Positions 53,910-64,000 of a stretch of DNA of 64,000 bases are shown here, in pieces. Numbering within the stretch: position 1 is the first letter of the stretch; the number at the start of each line of letters is the position of its first letter. A program made the position numbers and the translations under genes. The notes beneath the pieces are model-generated. The model saw only the letters and a list, made by a program, of their open reading frames with translations, was not told the origin of the DNA and ran no database searches. The stretch covers positions 39,246,001-39,310,000 of the forward strand of contig OX597823.1 in NCBI GenBank assembly GCA_951406725.2, read 5' to 3'. The stretch is from Octopus vulgaris. Lineage: Eukaryota.

Positions 53910-54298
53910 GTGGAGGCGCAGTGGCCCAGTGGTTAGGGCAGCGGACTCGCGGTCATAGGATCGCGGTTTCGATTCCCAGACTGGGCGTTGCGAGTGTTTA
54001 TTGAGCGAAAACACTTAAAGCTCCACGAGGCTCCGGCAGGGGATGGTGGTGATCCCTGCTGTACTCTTTCACCACAACTTTCTCTTACTCTATCTTCCTG
54101 TTTCTGTTGTACCTGTATTTCAAAGGGCCGGCTTTGTCACTCTCTGTGTCACGCTGAATATCCCAGAGAACTACGTTAAGGGTACACGTGTCTGTGGAGT
54201 GCTCATCCACTTACACGTTAATTTCACGAGCAGGCTGTTCCGTTGATTCGGATCAACTGGAACCCTCGTCGTCGTAACCGCCGGAGTGCTTCCATCCA
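53910..54298 (+). mobile_element. tRNA-derived SINE family C, tail type 2, full length
   Basis: A box TGGCCCAGTGG, B box GGTTTCGATTCC; 11-bp TSD TAACTGAT(T/C)AT at 53899-53909 and 54299-54309. Confidence 0.9.
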
Positions 54299-56519
54299 TA
54301 ACTGATCATATCCTCTGGTCTAACAACTGATACAGCTTTCACTTAATATAACTGTCATTTTTTTTATCAGTATTGAGTACAATAAGTATAGTGAAGGATT
54401 CCTGGTTGAAGTAGGGGCCCAACTTCAGTTTACTTCATATATCTTTATTAATTTTTTATTGTTTCACTGCTAAAAGCTTATACAAACTATTTTTAGTGTA
54501 AAATTTATATAGTATCATCCATATTATGTTAGTTTAGTTCTGGTCTCTCACTTGCCACTTAGGTGGGCACCAGGTATAACAACTACTTAAGGGGTGGGGG
54601 CACTGTTTGCGTTTGTCCCCTCACCCTTCACCACCATTGCTTGACAGCTGGTGGTTAGTGTGTTTATGTCCCCATAACTTGGCAGTTCAGCAAAAGCTTG
54701 GTAGAGTAAATACCAGGTTTATAAAACAAAAAATAAATACAGGGGATCAATTCATTTGACTAAAAAATTCTTCAAGGTGGTGACTGAAAGGTAAAGATAA
54801 AGGGTAACCACTGCTCCCTATGGTCGCTGGATCTGCTAAAAATAGCAGCCAAATAAATTGTAGTTTAACCATATTTCATTATTTTATTCAGCAAATTTTG
54901 TACTAAGCAATCTTACTAGTTACGATGAGTTAAAGCAACTACTCACTCCTCTACTTGATTGTTAACAGAGGCACAAGACCAGCAATTAGGAGGGAGAGAA
55001 GGAGGGAGGGAATAGGTGATTAACCCAACCCCAGTATGTGTTCTTTATTTTATTGTACCTGGAAGGATGATAAGCAAAGCTGACCTTAGTGGGATTTGAA
55101 CTTGGAATGTTAAGGACCATAACTAAACACTGCATGCCATTTTGTTTGATAATCTAATGATTCTACCTGCTATTAGATGGCTTATTAAACAATTCTAAGT
55201 AATCCATTGGACAAATATAGAAAAATACCAGACTTAAAATAAATACAGGGGTTGATTTGTTCCACTAAAACCCTTCAAGATGGTGTCCCAGCATGGGCAG
55301 CAGTCTAATGACTGAAATAAGTAAAATAAAGATTAGGTTGGTTATGACTGGAATGCAATTGATCACAGATCTTTGCTCAGTCAGGGCTGACCTAGGGTTA
55401 AACGGTAATATGTAGTTGTTCATAGGGAGGGCGGTGGTTTAGGCTCCATATCGCCTACACAACAGCCTCCACCCCTAACCCTACACAACCTGGGAGGTGG
55501 GGGCTTCCCCTCCCTCCTACTACCAACATCAACTGACAACCTTCAACTTCTGGCCCCATATATAGAGCAGCAGGTGTGTGGTGTCAAATGACACCCTTCC
55601 CTCCCCACCATACAGCCAACAAAATGGAGGAAGGGTCACATGACCTGTTTAGAAAAAGCAATGAAACTACCTTAAAATTTCCTACTTCCATATCTTTTTT
55701 TTTATTTAAAAAAAGTAACATTAGATAACAAGATTCCTACATAGACCTTAGAAAAGACAGGATAGTTGGTCACAAATAGACCGTCTTTGATCATAGGTGT
55801 TTTGTTAATTATATCAGAGTCAACCTGGAGGCTAACCACACTGTCACCAATTTAATATACACAGACTGAAGTGGGGCTAATGGCAAAGCAGCAAGAAGAA
55901 GTGTGCATTAACAGGAGAACTGTGTTGGTAGAAGGATGAGGAAGAGAAAATGTTGAAGTGGGAGAGAAGGGAGGATGAGTGGGAGTAAAGTGAGTCCTTG
56001 TGATAATAAAAAGGGAGTTGGAGGCAGTGTCACAATAACTACCTGCTGAGGACATGACTAAAGGCAGAGGTATGTCTGTTATTCACCTGTAGACAGGGGG
56101 TAGGCGGAAGGGGCAAGAAGAGAAAAATGTGAAGGGGACAGAGGGGGCATTGGAATGATAGAAAGGGGAGAGTTTAGACTAAGTCTTGCAGTAGAGTAGG
56201 GGTGGATGGGGTTAAAGAAAGAAAATGTTAGGATCTCCAAAGAAAAAAAAAAAACCCAAAAGTTTGAGGTTGGATGGAAAGACAGATGGTGGTGGTGGTG
56301 GTGGGGAGGCTCCATCTCATTATGAAAAGCCAGAACAGGTAAAACAATGGCTGGGAATGATGTTATATCAGTAACAAGGGACCCAACAGAAGAAAGAGTA
56401 TTGCAAGAAATAACAGCCAAATTTCAAATTACAACTTGCCGTCTTAAAAAGAGGAGGGACAGTACATAGACTAAAAAATATAGCTCTCTCTCTCTCTCTC
56501 TCTGTCTCTCTCCACACAC

Positions 56520-56557
<38 letters not shown>

Positions 56558-59500
56558 CTTCTTGTAGATAGGGTTAGGGTGGGTTTAAGAGATGTACTTA
56601 AAATAACCAAGACAGCCAAAACTCCACCAACACCAACACCACACCCTGCCCACACCACCAATACCAGACTAGCCATTATTTTATGTATAAGTAAACCCTT
56701 TAAGAGGAATACTCTGGTGGTTTTAATACTGAAAAGATAACCCAAAGCACAGGGGTTATGAGGAATCTTCACACACACACACACACACTAACAACTATGA
56801 ACATCCTCTTGTCTTTTCTCTCTTTCTGACACATACACAAATATTCAATTCACAGAAACATATACTCATTTATGCATACAAACATACACAATCAGACACA
56901 TTTGTGAATGTGTATATGATGTGGGTATAATAAATATTATACATATACATCCTTTCTTCCTTCCGGGCAGCCCTCAATTGTTGCTGGTACCACAGGATGG
57001 TCATGTGGTCATGTACAGTAATATTTTGGACAATTTAACCCTTTAGCACTTAGATTACTTTCTCAAATATGATGCTTACTAATTCACATTATTTTGAATT
57101 AATCATGCATTGCCTTATAGCTTAGAGACTTCAATGATGTGATTGTATATTTCTAGAAGGACATTGTAGGATAAGTGTGAGAAGCAGGATCTAGCCAGTT
57201 TGAATATAATAAAACAGGCAGAATATTTGAGCCATATGACTGATTTAAATGCTGACATGTGAAACTTGGCAGAGTCCCATCCCTTCCAACATTTGATTAG
57301 AGCTGATGTCTTCTTCTTCTTCTGAGAGAGACAGAGAAAGAGAGGAGGTAGAAAAAGAAAAAAATATATATACCCATATAATGTATGAACATGGAAATGA
57401 ATATATAGGCATATATATATGTCTGTGTGTGCAAGTGAGAGCATGCATTTATTTTACTAAGTGTTCATTGGCTTATCAAAATGCTTAGGTGAATTTCTTT
57501 AACCAATAATATTGAGGCTAAATAAGGGTCAAATAATAACCCTTTCTACTATAGGCACAAGGCCTGAAATTTTGGGGGTGAGGATAAGTCGATGTAATCA
57601 ACTCCTGTGTTCAATTGGTACTTATTTTATTGACCACAAAAGGATGAAAGGTAAAGTCAACCTTGGCAGAATTTGAACTCAGAACATAACGACAGCCGAA
57701 ATACTACTAAGCATTTCTTATGTTATGCTAATGACCCTACCAGGCATGCATTTCTCTCTCTCTCTCTCTCTCACTCACTCAATAATAATAAAATGACTGA
57801 ATACCTAATTTTCCATGAGACAGGTGTCACTGATGATTTATTCAGGTTTAAATCACAACCATTATATACAATCATACAGAATTAAAAAAAAAAGTTTTAT
57901 TTTTTTTTTGTTTTGTTACTCTAAAAAAAAAAAATACTGTAGAGAAAAATCATTGATATCTGCACAGGTTTCAGCTAGAGGCTGTGGCCATGCTGGAAGA
58001 GCTTTGAAAATCTAAATTCATGTTGGATAGATTCTGAGGGCTTTTTCACTACTTGAGCTTTTAAATGTTTACTTAATTAAATTACAAGTATTAACTAATT
58101 AAAATTAGAAACAAAATTCTTTACTGACAACCACTGTTGCTGTTGTTTAACCCAAGATCAGTAGTGACCTAGATCAACCAGTATAGTGCTATGTTTAAAG
58201 ACAGTCAAACCTCGACCATCCCATTTTATCTTCAGCAATAGTATGCACCAGATGACACTATTCAATGTGTTCAACTTTTTTCAAAGAAATAGGGTGAAGT
58301 TTGAGGAGGTTTTGGTTGTTTTTCTAGCATGTCAAGTGACTTGTAATAGAAACCAGAGTCAAGCCTTTTCAAGAAAGACTTTAAAAATATCATTCATAAA
58401 TGTTGACAAAATTATTATATTTGTTAATGTTCAGTTAATTAATTTGTCTTCAGTTAATTACCTTTTTTTTTTTTTTAGTTTATTAATATTTTTTTGTCAC
58501 TGGAAAAACAGGTGCCTGTCCCTTGTAAAATTACTGATTCATGAAGAAGCGGGCCAAATGGATCTATAACACTTCTTTCTTTGTCTGTCTGACCGTCGCC
58601 AATCCCCTTGCTTTTCGTGTGTGTGTATGTGTGAATGTGTATGTTAATGTATGCAAGTGTACATGTGTGTATTAGTGTTACATCAGATAAATTTTATCCA
58701 ACAGTGGGTTCAGGTCATGTGTAACTTAATACTGTCACCTGAGTCTGTATGTATGTGCTTGCATATGTAAACATGTCTATATGTAAAGCATGTATGTAAA
58801 TATATAACTATATGTATGTGTGTGCGCGTGTGTGTGTGTATGTATGTATGTGTGTATATATGCTCATGAGGTGACACCAGAGATATTATATATGAAAGCC
58901 ATCCTAACTGACAAACCCATTCATGAAATTTGGTTGTTCTGAATAGCTAAAGAAAAAATGATGCAGGAGAATAATTAATAATAATTAATAATGTATTTTA
59001 ATGAATTCCTTGGTTGTTTATCAAAATTAATTAAGTGAGGAAATAAGGAAAGGGCTGGAATTAAAGGGAAAATTAAAAACATAGGTTCATTAAATTAAAA
59101 GAATGTCTAATTATTAATTGAGCTAGTTCTCTTTCTTGTACAGTTCAGAAGCTGTCAAATGTTAATATGCATGGTTGCATGGTTAAGAAGACTCCTTTTC
59201 AGTCATGAGATTTCAGGCTCAATCCCACAGTGTCACTTTTCAATCTCACATTGTATCACTGATCGAAGCCTTGGGAGTGGATTTGGTAGAAGGAAACTGA
59301 AAGAAGCCTATTGTGTGTGTGTGAGTGTGTACTTGTGTGCTTGTATTATTTTGTCCTGACACTGCCTGATAGTTCTAAATGAGTGCCACTGTCATAAATG
59401 TGGTGTCACTCATTTCCAATATTCTGTAAAAAACGTGTCTTGCCATCGGGTAACATAGCCTTGCTTGGAAACAGGCAAGGGTTAGTGGCAGGATGGGGAT

Positions 59501-60031
59501 CTAACCATAGAAAATCTGCCTCAATAAACTCTGTCCTATCCATGGAAGCATGAAAATGTGAAAGTTAAAATGATGATGATGATGATGATGTGTGGTCAAA
59601 AAGCTTTCTTCTCAACCATGTGGTTTCAGTTTCAGTTCCACTACACACACCTTGGGCGCATGTCTTCTATGTTAGAAGACCAATATCTTGTGAGTGAATT
59701 TAGTAAACTAAATCTGTGTGCAAACTCTATCAAAAACACACACACACAAACTGGTCTTCTTTTACTCATAAGTATTTGGTCTACCAAATGCTATGGAAAA
59801 AAAAAACTTGTTCAAGGTGCTGACTGAACTTGAAACGATGTGGTTGGAAAAAATAAACTTCTTAACCACATGGCCATTCACATACACACACGTGTATGTG
59901 TTTTATATATGTGTGTGTTTTATTTATATATATAATATATTATATATATATGTGTGTGTGTGTATTAGAGTGATTGCAGGTTGTTCCATAAACATAGCAG
60001 CATTGAAACACTGTTGACACATTTATGAAAT

Positions 60032-60068
<37 letters not shown>

Positions 60069-60334
60069 CATATACACACATAAACATACACATGTGCACC
60101 CACACACATATAAAACAAAGGGAAAGAGCAAGGTGATGGTTATGATTATACCCTTGGGTAATTAATATGATTTCCTGTGAGTAGTAACTTACCCAAGACT
60201 ATCTCTAGAATCCTGCTGCCAAACCCAAGTTTCCTCTCATTGAGCCATTATTCTGATGCCAAGTATGTCAGTGGGAATAGCAGTTTATTTCTAATTATGC
60301 ATGAAACATCTTTTCACAAGACAAATGAACTTAC

Positions 60335-60343
60335 CTGTCTTCT
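60335..60343 (-). CDS. Candidate 9-nt microexon
   Basis: Minus: T-rich tract-TTTAG|AGAAGACAG|GTAAGT; frame-preserving; TGC motifs about 30 nt upstream. Could arise by chance. Confidence 0.3.
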
Positions 60344-60652
60344 CTAAATTAAAAAAATAAAACAATAGATGGCAGTGCAGGCCCATCATTTGTACCCATG
60401 GGTTGGTTCCTTCAGTCAGTTACTTTTGAATTTCATTTCTCCAAGGTAAATAATGCTATTTTTGGATTTAGAATCAGGTTAATTTTCTATGTTAAAGTAT
60501 TGCCTTGGGTCCTCAACTCATGATTAAGTTGTAGGGGCACAGTCATCATAAACAGCATACTTTCGGGGCATTTTTAGACCTGCTGGAGCTCATCTCTTTC
60601 TACCTTTGATTACAGCAGATGTCTTCTGTATGTGTGTGTGTGCGCGCGTGCA

Positions 60653-60705
<53 letters not shown>

Positions 60706-61013
60706 GTGAGGAGAGAAGAAGAAGAAGAAGACTTCAGTCAGCTCCAGTAGATGACTGCTAGTTTATTTAGTAGCCCTGGATGAAAGCCAAAGTTGACCTT
60801 GACAGGATTTGAGCTCACAGCACGGAGAGCTGGAAACTATACTGCAAAAGCAATTGCTTGACACTGATAACTTACTTTATTCACCACACCTTGTTGACTC
60901 TTTTGATGCCAACCTGCCTGAGATTTCTGATTAAGTGATGCAAATTTCCTGTTTGAAAGTCATCTAAAAAGGCTTTTATCAAAATTTCATATCACTAGCT
61001 TAATGACAAAGTT

Positions 61014-61256
61014 TCGTTTTTGGATTTGGTCAGCAAGATTTTTTATGCGAGTTCATGTGTTGAAGCATATTCTATCATATTTCCACTGATTTCTTTTCTA
61101 TTTTTCTTAAATTTTCGTTGTGTCTTGCAACCTTTCAATTGAAAAGGTTGCAAGACACAACAAAAATTTTACAAAAAGAAATAAGTGGAAATTTTACCAG
61201 TGAGTGTGTTAAATTATAAGGCTCTAAAAGAGAATGACTCTCCCCAGACACAACAG
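61014..61256. mobile_element. Head-to-head inverted insertion with 12-bp TSD, nested in a piggyBac-like MITE
   Basis: AATGACAAAGTT at 61002-61013 and 61257-61268; palindrome centred on CAATTG at 61136-61141. Confidence 0.75.
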
Positions 61257-64000
61257 AATGACAAAGTTGTTTTACTAAAAATTCTTCATTTTCTAAATTA
61301 ACTAAAACAAAGGTAGTGTATTTAACTGATATATGGTAACAAAAGTGTCAATGTGCTCAAATTTGAAATCTTCCATCAAAATTTCATATTAATTTATGTT
61401 CCAAACAACAGTTGAATAATAAGTTATTTTACTAAATTCTTCATTATTCCCCAAATTAATTAAAAAATGGGTATTGTATTTCAACAGAAATATTTTAACA
61501 AAAAGGTTAAATTTGAATTATGCAGCTGAATAAGTAATCAACATCGTTTATTTTGTTTCAGTGATGATGCTTTAAGTTGGTCTTGATGAAAATTGAATGG
61601 CAACCAGAAGCCTCCTGGTAGTGAAGAATAACACCAGAACATTTCTAACCATAATACCCACAGGGCCAAGGAGAGGAAACAGCTATCGGATGGTACCTCT
61701 AGACAGGTATTTTACTGAGTTGACATCAGTTTACCTCTATTACAACAGGTTCCACCCTACTAAAAATCTGCTCCTTTACATTTATTTTTACTTAGCAAAC
61801 AAAACATTTTCATCAAATGTCTAAACCACTTCAATGACCATCTTTCTCTCTGTGTCTCTATTTCTCTTTTTGCTTTCTAACTCTCCCTTTTTGACTTTTT
61901 TTCCTTTCTCTCTCTCTCTGCTAAACCACAGAAGGGATTATCCATTGAAATTTTCTCTATTCAAATGCCAATATTGTTCACTCCAACAGCTGAAATGTTC
62001 TTGTGAAAAAAGAAGCTGCATATTTGTGTGAACGTTCTTGTGTTACCAAAAAATATTTGAAAAATGAGAAACACTGCTGTAGCAAGAATGTCCATGAGGG
62101 TTTGCTAAACATGAGTAATTTCTCTGAAAATCCCAGAGATAGAACCAGAAATGTTACACTGTGTTCCTGTTGACAGAATGAAATCAGAATGAAATAGTAA
62201 TAAGTCTAATTTCAGACTGATGTAAACTTTAATAAATCATTTTTGTCATCTAAAGCCCTCAGTGTTCTTACTAAATCAGAATTTGAAACTACTAGAGAAT
62301 TATGAAACTTTTGACCCTTTAGCATTTAAACCAGCCATATAAAGTCCAAATATTCTACCTGTTTTACGTTCAAACCAGTCAGCTCTGACCTCTCACTACT
62401 TTCTATGTTATTGTAAAAATAAACAATCACTTCATCAAAATCTTAAAGCTATGTGATAATGCATGACTAATTCAAAACAATGAAAATAAATGAAAATTAC
62501 AATTGATTAAGTAATCTGAATGCTAAAGAATTAAGGAAGGCAAATTAATCAAAATATATAAAAGATATGAAATGGAAAGCAGTAGCAGTAGAGTTAGTGA
62601 AGGCTAAAGTGCACAATTATTATTGTAGAGAGATCACATCATACTACCACACTCTGTCAACCAGGTAATCAGATGTCCTGGTGGTCCCAATGTGTTTCCA
62701 TTCTTTTCTTGACTACATCTATCTGTTCCCTTGTATATTGAAGTAATTTGGGATCAAATGAAACAACTCACAACATACATTATGTTATGTTTAGGAATGA
62801 AATACATTGTTTTTAGCAAGAATTGAAGAATGACCTCAGGAAGCTGAACCTTTCTGGTGAGATGACAAAGGACCAAGCTACCTGGTGCCTGGCTGTACTC
62901 AAGACCCATATTCCACAGCAAAAGTGTTAAGGCTAATCCTTCTGGTGCTGTAAAGCACTCATGGCATGGTCACATAAAAGCATTATAAAAATGCCCATAC
63001 AGTTCCATAGAAAGTGCCTGTGCAGTGCCATGTAAAAGCATTCATGTGGTGCCATGTAAAAGCACCCAGCAGACTCTGTAAAGTGGTTGGTGTTAGGAAG
63101 AGCACCATGCCAAATCAGACTGGAGTCTAGTGCAGCCCCTCAGCTTGCCAGCTGTAGTCATACTGTCCAACCCATGCCAGCATGGACAAAAGATGCTAAA
63201 TGATGATAAATGATGATCAATGATGAAATAGGGTTAAATTTGCTACTGATTTCTAGAGAGTTGATAAATATGGTGTATATAGTGAAGGTCAAATCTACTG
63301 AATTATAAGAGAGTGATAGGTTTTGTCCCTCCCTTGTAAATTTGTGACCTTGTGAACATGTAAGAAATCCTCCTTTATATCATCATATTATTATTATGAC
63401 TGTGAATTAGAAGAATCATTAGTGTGTTGAACAAAATGCTTAGCAGCTTTTCTTTTGAATCTTTACGTTTTGAGCTCTGATCTTAACATGGTTGATTTTG
63501 CCTTTCGTTGTTTTTTTTTTTTGGGGGGGGGGGGTCAAGAAAGAAAAAAAGTTAAACATTGGGGGTCGTTGTAACTGACTAACTCCTTTCCAAAACCGCT
63601 GACTTAGTGTCAACATTCTATCATTATCATTATTATTATTAGGGTGGTGAGCTGGCAGAATCGTTAGTATGCCAGATGAAATGCTTAGGGGTATTTCACC
63701 CACTGTTATGTTCTGATTTAAATTCTGCCAAGGTTACTTTACTGTTCATCCTTTTGGGGTCGATAAAATAAGTACCAGTTGAACACTGGAGTTGATGTAA
63801 TCAACTCATCCTCTCCCCCAAAATTGCTGCCCTTGTGACAAAATTTGAAACCATTATTATTATTATTATTAGTCTTTGTTTCCCCCATTTCCAGGTGAAG
63901 CATTCAGTGTAGATACATCCCCAACCAACAGAGTCACAACCCTTATCATGGATGGGGCAAGCTCCCTGGCCAGACTTATATTTGTCAAGTCCTCTCCTCC

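Noticed and set aside
53912-53985. tRNA gene
   Set aside because: tRNA-like head continues into a SINE body with TSD and is multi-copy; same for the other tRNA-like heads.
55860-56390. Purine-rich stretch, possibly a decayed Penelope ORF on the minus strand
   Set aside because: No GIY-YIG or RT motif can be read with confidence.
58512-58569. Possible last exon RCLSLVKLLIHEEAGQMDL*
   Set aside because: Purine-rich acceptor context and no independent support.

Overview
AT-rich, repeat-saturated eukaryotic DNA with long (TA)n, (CA)n, (ATAC)n and (AAT)n tracts. The SINE/LINE repertoire fits a coleoid cephalopod, probably Octopus (inference from recalled repeat families, not a database hit). Nearly all ORFs in the track are microsatellite artefacts and no complete host gene is visible; there is one plausible coding exon (39365-39444 +) and one possible 9-nt microexon (60335-60343 -). 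Mobile DNA: at least five SINE families, RTE LINE pieces (two internally deleted), R4/Dong-like 3' ends in (TAA)n, CR1/L2-type fragments, a deleted mariner, Tigger-, Tc1-, hAT- and piggyBac-like MITEs and two Helitron-like copies. Two signals go beyond the ORF track. First, eight dispersed type I hammerhead-ribozyme motifs of the Penelope-associated kind: three look intact, four are decayed, and one has a non-canonical core (UUGAUAA...GCAAC) at the centre of a 210-bp palindrome. Second, a decayed intronless gene (18286-19223) joining a Myb/SANT-like domain to a CCCH zinc finger. All structures were read by eye; none was computed or tested.
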